Assembly: GCF_001186125.1 (NCBI RefSeq) | Contig: NW_014040482.1 | Coordinates: 11,644 to 60,707 of the forward strand | Direction of reading: 5' to 3' | Origin: Sphaeroforma arctica JP610 | Taxonomy: Eukaryota | Length of the DNA stretch: 49,064 nt | In this document: positions 37,341 to 49,064 of the stretch, piece after piece | Numbering within the stretch: the first letter of the stretch is position 1 | Layout of the letters: every line of letters begins with the position of its first letter | Program-made: the position numbers and the translations under genes | The notes under the pieces: generated by a model | What the model saw: only the letters and a program-made list of their open reading frames with translations | Databases searched by the model: none | What the model was told of the DNA's origin: nothing

Positions 37341-37899
37341 AATACGGTCACCGGTCAGTCTAAAAATTAAGATCAAATGAGATTACACAATAGTTTTATT
37401 TGTATTTTGAAAACTTACTTATCCAATATTTTCAAAGTGTTTAAAATTCACTTTGATGGCTCCAATAGCCTGAGTATTTGGTACGACTCATCTACTTAGA
37501 CCTATTTGAGACATTAGTAGACGTAGGATATTATACATAAACTAAATTTTATAATCTCTGAACTACTACTTACAGGTTTTGGTCCTCCCGCCAATCTCCA
37601 AAATCCAATGTCCTTTTTCTATTTTTAACTTTTCTTCATATGGAACTTTAATTATAATAGCTAATGTAATAACGTGACCTACGTTCTTATGTCTATTTAC
37701 ACCTTAGGCATGTGGTTATGAACACTTAGTACTTTTAGTGAAAACTATTCAATGAAGAACAGCTAGAGGTACACCCTGTGTGATCGAGGATATTAAGGCT
37801 CTTACCAAGAAGCAGTCCCGATCATTCTTGCGCAAATTATCACTGCTAAATCCTAACTGACTTAAATTGTATCTTAGTTTATTTAACATAGTTTGAAAC

Positions 37900-39844
37900 T
37901 TAGTAGTATTCTTGGTCCTCACGGCCAATGGGCGGCAGTTTCGGGCCTACAAGGATGCGTCGGATCAATTGTTGGATGCAGGTAAAGTAGCTGGTGGTGA
38001 ATTTGTGGCCACCGGGGTAAACAGGGCAGAGACAGCCGTCGGTGTGGTAGTCGAGCAGTGTGAACATGTACGTACTCGTTACAATCATAGCACAGCGACG
38101 GATTGGTGTAGGCTCAAAGCAGCGGTTGAAGTTGTCGTGTCTGGCTTTGTCCCGATTTGAGGTTGGAGGCTTACCCATGACCAGTTGGTAGTAGTATTGG
38201 CGCCGGGCCATTGCCGCGATCTTCTTGTTGGACCAGCGTTTTGTTGAGTTCTTCCGAATGTCGTCACAGCGTTGGCGGATGGCTACATCGTCGGGTGTAC
38301 GCCCACCCGTGGTTTTGTGTACAGTTTTCAGGTGGGCATAGATACTGTACGGGAAGCGGAGTGATGGTTTGTCGTGGGCCCAGGCGGGTTGGGTCAGAGG
38401 GGTGAGTGGGCTTGTGCTGGCTACTGAGTCGAGTTGTATTCCCAGGCAATCTCCTGTAAAGTCAGCGGGTTCCTATAGTAAAAGCACATATTAAACGTAT
38501 ATTATAAACGTATAAATATTTAAACGCAATACGGTTATAAAACCTGGTATATGTTGAAACGCTATTGTAGATATTTGTAATTGTATAATAATTAAATAAT
38601 CAAAATTTAGATATATTGAATCTACAGAAAACAAGCAAACAAACAAATAGTCTATTTTGGGACATTTGTAATTATAATTGTATACAACAGAGGGCGGTAT
38701 TGATTTGGTGGTTTTTCTATAACGATATGTTTTCCACCAGAATATTGGGATATAATATTTGAAGGGTCTCATTTAGAAATGACACATATTGACACATGTT
38801 ATATTTCCGAATACTCTCAGCGCGAGATAGTCCACTGAGAAGTAAGGCATGAAAATGATACCCCCTAGCCAGCCAACTAGATGTGCCCGTCTATGCCTTC
38901 AATGGGATGGAGAGCTAGGTACCATGTGATGGGGTATAGGTGCAGATATTCAACTGCACCAACATGGTGTTTTTGATTTCTTTTATTTTTCTTAGGTTGA
39001 ACTTAGAGTTATTTTATTAGTAATTGCGATTGAAGGATAGTTTCGAAGCATGAAACGAAGTCTGATTTTAGCTACTGACTCCAACTAAATCTATACCGAA
39101 GTAGTGAGTGATTAGAGCGGAGCATATAGACAATAGTCTCAGTCTGAAATCCGTAATCTCTAGCTCATTACCGAGGGCCGAAGTTAAACTTAAATTCCAC
39201 TGTGCAAATTTACGAAATTGTACTTTCTTTTACGTTAATTTATTGACATCGATAGTCAGCCTGGATAGTCTGACTTTTACACTCCGAGGTAGTCCGCGAA
39301 TGGTCGCGCGGGGAATGGGCCACCAAAGTGGAGTAAGTTTGTTTGATGTTTGGTAAACCTAGGATATTTAGTGCCCGTGATGATGGCTGCTGCTTGGATG
39401 AGTGTTGAGTTATATCGCTCGAACAGGGGGTCCAGCGCATCTTTCTATATAGGCGGAGCACAGGCAATAATGTTCAGGCCATATGTAGCCGTGAATAGGA
39501 TGAATGTTTTGAACAGCACCAGTCGGTTGCGGGGGTGTCGCCAGCTGAAGCCATGGAAGCCATAAGCGCGGAAAGAGGCGGTACCCAGGGACAATGCTGC
39601 AGCCAGGGATTTCATATGCCTGGCGAGGTTGATCCATGATATTTCGTGAGATTGGGAATCCGAGATATATGGAGAGTTTTGGCTTGGCATGTGTGGGCGC
39701 CATCTTCAGAGGGAGGTAACGTGTGTTCAAAGGTGCGTCTGCGAGCGTCGGCGTGATAAGCTCACCATTTATACGGAGGGTTGGCGCTGCGTGTCGCAAG
39801 GCGGTAGATCGTACTCGGAGTTTGATGACACCCTGTTCGTAGAC
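37900..39844 (-). mobile_element. 3' half of a decayed non-LTR (LINE) retrotransposon, interrupted by unrelated AT-rich DNA
   Basis: 39844-39350: VIKLRV...LRINGELI...IYLGFPI...RLVLFKTFILFTATYG (late RT domains). 38460-37900 ends with CLCPVYPGGHKFTTSYFTC, resembling a LINE C-terminal Zn finger; that distal assignment is weaker. Confidence 0.65.
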
Positions 39845-39989
39845 TAGTTCAAAGCGAACAACACTGTGCAACATGTGAAAGTTCTTAACAATCCAACTAT
39901 TTAACTCATAATAAAACGTCAGTATAGAACTTATTATGAACTGTATCCTCTATCACCCTTGACATCCTAATAGTATGTAAACAGAGCAA

Positions 39990-41150
39990 TTCGTCATACC
40001 AACTGATAAAGGCTATGCAGTGTTGTAACTAACGAAACCCCGAGAACAAATATTCTTGAGAGATCTTCTGGCTCGGCTAAAGCATATGCATGGTTATGGG
40101 CGCCAAGTCGGCATTATCAATCAAGATCAGTAGGGAAAGTTGGGTGATAGGGCAACATTAAGAGTATATTTAGTCCATGACACACACTCGAAATATTACG
40201 ACGAATGTTGAATCCTGAGCGGTGTGAGCGCACTTATTGTTCATAAGACGTCAACGAATACGTCTTCTAAACTTGGTTGACGGTAGGAACAAGGTCAGTA
40301 CCCCAATTCACAACAATACGTACTGATATACCCACTATACACAAGTTTCTCGCCATCACTGCCACAAATATATAGTCCACAGCAGTCACCCCACCTACCG
40401 TCAATACTCCAGCAACCAATACTAATGTCGTCATTGATTCAGATGAGACCTCTGCTACCCCCACTACTGATATCAACACTTGTGCAACCTCAGCAACCGC
40501 TTTGGGCTTAGCTTCAAGGAAGAACGATCACGGCCACGATTAAGTGAGAGAGTACTCCTCCATCACTCCTGAAGGAGACCCCGACAGTAGTCTAGACAGC
40601 TATGATTCTGGTAGAGAAACAAGGAAGGCTCTCTCAGAGCACTCTAACACAAAGGATAACGGAAACGGCGTCATTCATAGCGACTAAGCACATTTATGCG
40701 ATCGAGATTTTTCGCGGACACAAGGTATCAATTACAATAAAACCTACGTACCAACATGCTCTCATTAAACACTTCGCACAGTTTTAGCCGACATGTCCAG
40801 GCCCCGCGGGGCTGGCACGTTGAGCAAATCGATATCGCCACAGCTTACTTACATGCTGATATTGACCAACGAAAGGTTTAAATGTCGCTGGCCTTTCCGA
40901 TGATTCTATCATGGCACACACTAAAAAAGGTCTTATACGGTCTTAAGGAATCTTGTCAGCTCTGACTCGCACTTATCAAGTCTAAACTATTGACAAAGAA
41001 ATACCATCAAAAGACTTTCAACCTGTGCATGTCACAAACCCATTTTTTCATGTATCATTAGATTCTGGTATAAGTTGATGACAACATCTGTTGTAAACGC
41101 GCGAAGTGGTTTAAAACTTCAAATGACTGGTCATCAAAGAGCTCAGCTAC
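39990..41150 (+). mobile_element. Decayed Ty1/copia element (post-integrase region and RT)
   Basis: GKLGDRATLRVYL..SKYY (~40135-40200), TQGINYNKTYVP, QIDIATAYLHADID (from 40825), LYGLKES (from 40933) and ILV*VDD (VDD 41074-41082) match copia KLD.R, QG.DY.ET.AP, Q.DV.TAFL, LYGLKQ and YVDD. Confidence 0.82.
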
Positions 41151-41579
41151 AAACAAGTAGGCGGACCTTATTATCTCTACCAGCTCTGTGGACAAAAGTA
41201 CCCTAGGCTGATATTTAAGACCGGGCCCGAGGATCGGACCGGAGGGAGGAGTTGAGGACCAGACCAGAGGACCGGACCTAGGGAGTTATTTGAGGACTGG
41301 AGCAGAGTACCAGACCTAGGGGATTATTGGAGAACCGGACCAGAGGAAGTGGAATGGAGAATTTAATGAGATAGATGTGATAAGTAATCCAAAACCATAG
41401 AGACGGGTATCTTTAACATTGCCCGATGGTACAGAAAGTTTTGTTCCCCACAGGATCGTGATTAATAAATATAGTAGGCGCGCCATTCCCAATGGCACTT
41501 CTGACTAAGTTCACTTATTTTAGACTTAACACTCTTAACTAAGCGTTACTCGGGTTTGACCACAGCTCTGACAATCTTG

Positions 41580-43289
41580 TACAGGATAACTATGTTGCTA
41601 TGAGAGGCTTTGATGCTCTCACAATTTTCCATCCCAATGATGCAAACCCAGCTCCTACCCTAGCCACACAAGACATCACTAATTGGTACTCTTCAGTACC
41701 TTTCACAACTTTGTAGTGATAAGGAGCAGCTTTAGAAAGTTAAACTTTGGGAGATGTTGTTGTGGAAACGAAGGCCACCACTCGACTGCTCGTAATTATA
41801 ATATAGATACACTACAAGTCGACCTACCACCCCCTCCTCCCTCCAGACCTATAAGCTGACGGACTACGGTATCTGTGGTGACCACACCTTTGGACTCGAT
41901 CTCCAGATACTTTCAACGAATCAAATCCATCGGCCGCAACAAATGCCAACAATGCCGCCGCTTCCGGACCAACATCTCCCCTCTCATGGATATAACCGAT
42001 TTCGCCATCGACTGTATTACCTACCAACAAATCCCGATCGCGACTATTCCAAGCAAATTCGGACGCATCAGAACCTACTACGGTCGTATCTCACTTTGTA
42101 TGGACCAGCGGCAGGGCTGCTACGGATCCTCGACCGCATCTGGCGCTATGCCGCTATCCCACAAATCTTCGGGGGGTTCTCCTAGACTTAAACGGACTCT
42201 GGGTTTAGCGGCTGTCAAACCACTCGTTCCGCCCACGTCTGACCGTCCAAAGCAATGCTCAAATGTTCAAAGATATTGCGTACCAACGACGGTCTCCGCG
42301 CCAACCCTGCTTACCGGGTGCCGATGACACAGGCGCCACCCTCGCTGGCTACTTTGAGGACCTTTTCAACTCTACAAACCCGTACGTGGTTCCACCGGAT
42401 ACCGAACCCTCGCCCAATGTCACTCCCACCATACGTCCCGACAATGTAATGGAGGCTATACTACGCTATCCCAATAAGGGGTCTGGCCCCGACAGGATCC
42501 ACATCCTCTTCTTGAAGGCCGCAGTAGAGCGCTCCACCGAACGCAGGACATTAGGACACCCCGACGCCAATAGCCAACTGATTAGACTCTTTTCCGAGGC
42601 ATTCACCGAGTTACTGAAGGTGGGTACCTTCCCTGCAGCCCTGAAATGCAGCTTCCTGACAGCGCACCCAAAGAAAGTCGATGCAGATATCACCCTCCCG
42701 CCGACCTCCGCCCTATCACGCTTCCGCAAATAGTCAGACGCATCTTTGAAAAGTGCTTTCTCAAGCTGATTACGAGCCACCCCGGCTCTGCTACCTACAC
42801 ATGCTACCCAAGCTGGCTTCAAATCACGGTACTCCTGTCATATCCAAGCACTCGCCGCCATGGAATCTGAAACACAGTCAGAAGAGGAGTGAAACTACGT
42901 TTGCCTGGACATTACCAAGGAATACGACAAGGTTGCTCTCCCACACCTATGGGTACTCCTGCGCCACACAGGATTGCCCAAAAAAAACTGGATCAACTGT
43001 CTTTTTGAGAGGGTCCCTACCCGAGTGACATACCGTGGCACGCTATCGCCTCTATTCCATAGGACGAATGGTATCCTACAAGGCTCAATCGTCGCCCCCC
43101 CCCAGCACTTTATTATCTACATGAATTCCATAGCTGTCACGCTAGCACAATTTCGGCCCAAGCTCCTCAGCTCTTATTTATTTGTCGATGACACACGGAT
43201 CCAAGCCTCCCAACCGGTTCCGCTCCAGCCCTTCTTAGACGACATTGATGCGTGGGGACGCAAATCTGTCTTCGAACAGGGTGTCATCA
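41580..43289 (+). mobile_element. 5' half of a decayed LINE (possible APE remnant plus RT domains 0-5)
   Basis: KGSGPDRI, FPAALKCSFLTAHPKK, DLRPITL, RIFEK, AGF, CLDITKEYDKV, GILQGSIVAP..FIIYMN, LFVDD in order with frameshifts. Upstream AMRGFDA and GDH may be endonuclease relics. Confidence 0.88.
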
Positions 43290-45960
43290 GAGGGTATTAT
43301 AGACCCAAAGGCGGGTAAAAATACTCCGCCACCTTTACCCAACTGGGATGACAATCGTCGGAAACCAGTTAAGATTGGGTATGTCATCCAGACGCATGAA
43401 TCACCCAAAATTATAGTACCAACAACTATCCAAGGAACAGAGCACCGAAAGGCCTCGACCATGGACTTCACAAGGGGTAATAAACACTCCCGTAAGCGTG
43501 TTAACGATGTCGAATTTAATCGCTTCGATCGCACCGCCTTACACCAACCCACAGAGGATTTTCACTCTGACGAGGTGACCGAACTTAGTAAATCGGTCGA
43601 CGGTGCCGATGACGTATCATATTTTGCTAATATGATTGCGATCAAGCAGAAACGCATTGATCAGCTACTTCAGGCCCAACGTAGACAAGACCACCGGAAT
43701 AACCAGAAGTACAAGGGACAGATCAGTCGACTTAAGTCGAACTGGGATGCCAACAGTAAGCAGGTCGAGTTTATAAACAACCATGACCTCGACACGCTAA
43801 CCCGTACGCTTAATGCGTTTACGGTCATGCTGGAGACGAATGATATCGCTCCCCAGCAATAGAGTTCTGCTTTAATGCAATCGTTTGACCCTACAGGAAC
43901 AAGTTACTTGATCCTGCAGCGACATCAGCATGAGCTAGACACTTGTCGTGACTGGCCAGCTGTGTGTTGGTTGGTTACGTCCCTATTAAGCAAGGACATG
44001 CGCAGTCCAGGACTGAGTTCAATCTTAACTGAACCAGTTGAGAATATTCCTATTCAAAGTTACATTCTGAAACTTGATGCTGACCTTAAACGTCCAGATA
44101 TAACAAAGGACAAAGCGCAGCGATGGTACGAGTTCCTGGTTATGCATGTTTTCTGTAAGAACATAGGGAACAATGACCGTGAAAGTCTGTACACCAAGTT
44201 GCGACGTAAGTACGCAACTGAAGCTCGAGACAAGAGACATGAAACAAAGTTTTATCTATCCCGACTTACGTGGAAACAGGTTTTATGACACTGTATCCAC
44301 TCTTTTCCCCGCACACCGAGTAACCTCGAAGGGAAAAGCGGTAAATATGAAACCACGCGAGCTCCCTGATCAAGGATACCTCTTACGTCAGACGTCAGAT
44401 GATAAGCGTCATCAGACGCGTCCTAATCAGACACGTGCTCGCGACTCTACTCAACGAACGCGACCCGATAAACGGGCACGCACGGAGTCGAAGGACAAGG
44501 AACCTCCATATAAGGAGATTAAAAAAATGTGCCGACACACAGTGTGGGTATGGCATGTACCAATTGACCCCTAACGGATATTGGAACGGAAGACATGCAC
44601 CCACCTGTACACACTTTCTTACTAAGTGTGACAAGTGTGAGAAGACCAATGGCTATCATGCTAAGTCTTGCAACAAGAAGCCCGTCATTAAGTTGGAGTG
44701 AAAATACTATCAGGTACAATCGTTACAAAGAAAATACAATGACTCCTTAGATGAGCGTGTAATGATCCCTGTATATTGCAACGAAAATAAAATCCTTGCA
44801 TTGATTGATCCTGGTTCAGAAATTTCATGTATATCCGACCGCTTTGCATTAATGAAAGATATTGAAAGACGAACTCAAACCACTCCCCTCATTTTAGCAG
44901 ATGATAAAACTTCTAAGTGTAATACCATGGCCACAGATGTTTAAATCATGTTTATATACACGAAGCTACCATCACGTTGTGTTGCCTATTACGGAGTAAA
45001 GATCCATGGATCAATAAATTAATAAACATGATACAATGCGAGCCAATATATTTAGATAGGAAAGTATATACTTTCCTATATCAGAGTACCCGAGCCGTCC
45101 AGAGACGCCCTGGAGACATACTATAATATGTCGTTTAGGCCCCATAAAACCCCTTCTGAGACTTTCCTTAACAAGGTCAAAGAATCGGAGATTCCACTCT
45201 CCACTAGATTGAACGTTAAGCAGTTCAAAGGCAACACAGCACTTGAAGTCTGTGCACAAGAAATACAATCTACTAATGACACTACAGTTAAGAAGCGTCA
45301 GTCTCTAGCTAGGACTCTGTTTAATAACATAAAGTCCAAGCCCGAAGTCTTTCAAACCCTATTTTAAAAGGAATTAATGAAAGATAATCCCGAAGCATAT
45401 ACACATATAATGCGACTATTAAATAAGTCAAGTGTATCTAACGCACATGAGCGCACTTATGACACTCATGCGAAAGCAGGACAAGAGTATGGAAACACTA
45501 CAGACTCAGAGACGACGCAAGTGGATTCTCAACACCCTACCTCTATTCTGGAGGAGCGGAATGATAAAAATTCTTGCTTGGCTGACGCAAAACTATAAGC
45601 TGAAACACCAGAACGTAGTAGACGCACTTAAAGATGCTAAGCGAAATGGGATCGCGCACCCTAAGCTGGCAACTTTAGTTGACAGAATATATCAGTCATA
45701 TACAGACTGTGATCTCAACCAGATTAAGCACTATGGATTCGCATCGCTTAAGAGTGTGACTGAAGATGTTCCATGGCCCAGGGTCATCATTGATCTGGTT
45801 GACCTGCCTACGTCCGAGCACACAGGCGACCGTTACGTTTGCCACTTCTTTGAGGTAGTGTCACGGTATAAATTGCTATATCCTTTAAAGGACAAGAGTA
45901 CGCAGACCGTGGCAGAATTATGTTGCTCGTCATGGGCGATTTCCATCTTAATGGTGTAAT
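43290..45960 (+). mobile_element. Decayed Ty3/gypsy element: gag, Zn knuckle, aspartic protease and truncated integrase; RT/RNase H absent
   Basis: CDKCEKTNGYHAKSC (~44627-44672), KILALIDPGSEISCIS (ORF 44762-44944), HPKL...DC..NQ...PWPRVIIDLVDLP...VSRY..LYPLKDKS..TVA (ORF 45432-45959). Confidence 0.82.
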
Positions 45961-46038
45961 CGTCGACCGATTTACTAAGTTCGGTCACCTCGTCAGAGTG
46001 AAAATCCTCTGCGGGTTGTTGTAAGGCGGCACGATCGA
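45961..46038 (-). repeat. 78-bp inverted copy of 43525-43602
   Basis: Reverse complement matches 43525-43602 at 74/78 by manual alignment. Confidence 0.92.
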
Positions 46039-47401
46039 CAAATATAAATAAGGATGGAAAGTAAATATAGTTCTATTAATAGAACTAGACCAACTCTTAT
46101 TCTTGGTATTTTACTGGGGCCTTTTAATGGCCTCGTCCAAATATCTGATATGTAAAATGGAAAAGGTATTAATTAATAAAGCCATTAAAAACCACTTAGG
46201 AAACTTAATTTCCTCGTGTTATTAAGAGTACGTCTATAATTTACGTACTGCTTAAGAGTACGTTTATAACATACAGTCTAATATGGAGGCCCGGCTAATA
46301 CATAACTATGTAAATTTAGAGTATTTTCTTTTCTTTTCTTTATTTTCTTCTAAAGATAGGATTTTACGAGTCTCTCGGATTCGCCCCAACGAAACATATC
46401 ATAGTTTCTAATAAGCGACAACGAAACACTAAATAAAATCCTTTCGGCGAAAACAATACTGAGAGGATTATATATAGGCAATGTCTCAGCCTCACAATCC
46501 CTCAGAGTATTGCTGTTTTCACGAGGCATACCTAACTTTACTAAAAGACTCATTTCGTTTATTTACATGGAATTTAATTATACTTAGACTTAACCTAAGC
46601 GTTTAACTACTCTAAGGCATTAATATCGCCTTGATAGATCGGATCTTACATCTCCAGCATGTAGAAGAACCACTGTACTCTCACCCGTCTCTGACACAAC
46701 ACCTGATGTTCCCCATGTACACACCGGCTAATCACGCTGTAGAAGTACTACTTCCAAATTTTAATCCAAACCAAGTCATCGCGCTTGTTGTTTCTGCCTA
46801 TGATACTTTTGATTTAGGCTAGCCAGCACACACATACCGAGTGTATCCGTGGTCTGGTGCGGTATTTGATCACCCCCAACCTTGCACCTCAACCGAATTA
46901 TGAAGGATAACCTGATCACCGGTATTTCGTACTCTGTACTAATCCATTCTAAGGCACTACACGGCGCAGACCCGATCCGTACCACAGAGGTGGGTTTGTT
47001 ACTTAGTAGGTCAGCAAGCGAATACATGGAACAGCGCATATCCTCTATCGTCGACAAACTTTGCCCAAGCTTCAAACGGGAATTTACTGACCACCCCTTC
47101 CCATCGATCTTTCCCGAATTAGTACAACGGCTATGAGAGACATATATTGTAACTTTTTCTTTTTAAATAAATAGTATTATCCCTATATATTGAACATATG
47201 ATAGAGAACTGATGATGTTAGAGTAATGATTGCGCAATAAAATGCAGCATCGGAAATGTATCATCAGAAAATGTCAGCGATATAAATATACACGATACTT
47301 TTAATTATAGAAATATCAATTAGAATTGTACCACGTACGCACATATTTGATGATACAGGGAGATGGTTTTACATACTATGGCTGTGTCATTATAGCAGAA
47401 T

Positions 47402-47863
47402 TTGATCTCAGTCGAACACACTCAAACCCTTGTACATCAATGCTTTGGAACATCTAGCAGCCGTTCATGTAGTGGCTTTCTTTGGACAATTCTGGAGGGG
47501 TACACTGTTACAATAAGCTGTGATAATAACGTCGCGTGCCAGGTACTGACAACTAGTCACTCGGAGGCAGTGGGAATGCATCGTTCGCTTCAGTTGCTGG
47601 CTCTAATAGGAGTCCACTATGATATTCATGTACAAACACAGCACATCGCAGGAGCCGACAAAACAATGGCGAAAGCTACTTCAAGAGAGGCGTGGTCAGA
47701 GTCAAGACATCTATATACCAATATGAAGCAGCAGGCCGAGGTAATTTATCGCTTCGTTCGAAGAGGCGAGACAGGATTTCAGCAATGCCACGTGATGTAT
47801 CAAGCCGAGATGGATCTAGCAGTCACACAAGATCATCAAGAAACCCAAGTGCATACTAATTAG
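47402..47863 (+). mobile_element. DIRS/Ngaro-type RNase H fragment
   Basis: GYTVTISCDNNVACQVL...SLQLLAL...IHVQTQHIAGADKTMAKATSR matches the CDN and HIPG..N..AD.LSR motifs of DIRS RNase H. 46631-47136 may be upstream pol residue of the same element. Confidence 0.75.
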
Positions 47864-48994
47864 GACAGCAAAGAACTACAAGTACATTACTTATATATTG
47901 AACACTGTACATACATATATGTACGTATTAGTCACTTATTTGCCACTGTAAATAAATAAATTGTTCTGATCTAAAAACTCAGTATGCTCACTTGGCCACG
48001 CACGTGAAAAATATATATAAATATATATGTTTTTATGAATAAATAAAAAAAGGAAAAATAAAAGGCCCCCCTCACCATCCCCCAATAAATATTTTCAGAT
48101 ATGTTTTTGAGTCTCTGGAATTCGGGATTCTGGAAACGAATCTCATCTTGGAATCTTGGATTCTTGTTGTAAACACTATTTAAAAAAAAAAAAAGTAAAG
48201 TCTGCGACTGCGATTTCGTGCACCCCCGCTAAGCAATGTTTTCTGGTCAAAATGACAAAATACCTGAGTGCCAGGCTAATAAATACAAAAAACAAAACAA
48301 AAAAACAACACCTGTCCAACAAAAGTTACAAAACTCCTTATTGTTTTCTAAAAAGAAATATATATTTTCATTACAATAGAACAAAAACAAAAATGTAAAT
48401 AAATAGGTCTTTTGTGTCAAACAATACAACTGTCAATCTGTGAGAGACATTGAAACAAATTCAAGGAGACCTGTGAAGGCTGACGGCTGAAGCCTGAAAA
48501 CATTTTTAAAATAAATAAATTTTTGTTTTGTTAAAAACAAAACAAGAAACAAAAATAAGCCCTGTTCAATTTTATTTAACTATTTTATTTTTAAAAATAG
48601 AGGAGGGCACTCTCACTCTGGTGGGCACAAATATAGTGTATGTTTTAAATAAAAAACAGTATTATTTAGTAGGCTATGAAAAAACAAAAATAATAAACAA
48701 ACAAGTTTAAAAAAAATAAATACCAACCCATGACTCGTCATTTTGTTTTTTTACCCCACAACATGATATATTTTGATTATTTCAACGAAACAAAATCAAA
48801 CCAAATACATCCTGTAGTCAAATGGAAATCTTTAAAATATTTAGAGAAAAAGACAATAACCCAATTTCACTAAATAGTGAAGCTCGTACGTTTGACATCC
48901 ATTTAGAACATCAATCTGAAACAGACAATCCTGCACGGGTATGGTTGAGACACACCAATGATTTATGTGTTTACACAATATACGTGTCAACATA

Positions 48995-49014
48995 TACGCA
49001 CACATACACACACA

Positions 49015-49059
<45 letters not shown>

Positions 49060-49064
49060 TACAC
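48995..49064. repeat. (CA)n microsatellite
   Basis: Read directly. Confidence 0.95.

Noticed and set aside
41221..41346. GAGGACC(A/G)GACC repeats as a regulatory element or ncRNA
   Set aside because: Short, irregular and inside transposon debris; no function supportable.
48468..48500. Terminal inverted repeat pairing with 28309-28340
   Set aside because: Only a 13-bp low-complexity match (CCGTCAGCCTTCA); flanks do not align by eye.
1..49064. tRNA or rRNA genes, and most short ORFs in the supplied track
   Set aside because: No RNA gene recognised by eye (no covariance search possible). Most ORFs are antisense or intronic shadows without motifs.

Overview
Intron-rich eukaryotic genomic DNA (GT-AG introns, TA/CA microsatellites, two N gaps); the organism cannot be fixed from sequence alone. 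The left ~26 kb holds four spliced genes reconstructed by hand: the 3' part of COQ3 (+), a 6-exon Tim17-family TIMMDC1-like gene (-), a 22-exon gene encoding a single ~1333-aa SbcD/Mre11 nuclease - SbcC/Rad50 ATPase fusion with an N-terminal extension resembling a mitochondrial presequence (+), and a Mn-type cation diffusion facilitator with a GC-AG intron (+). The right ~23 kb is nested, decayed retroelement sequence (Ty3/gypsy, Ty1/copia, LINE, DIRS-like). It includes an apparent chimera with a gypsy-type PR-RT-RNaseH followed by a Dam-like methyltransferase and a possible tyrosine recombinase instead of a DDE integrase, and a LINE split by a probable inversion. The best candidate for an unusual system is the one-chain, possibly mitochondrial Mre11-Rad50 (SbcDC) repair machine. 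All family calls are by-eye motif recognition; no searches were run.
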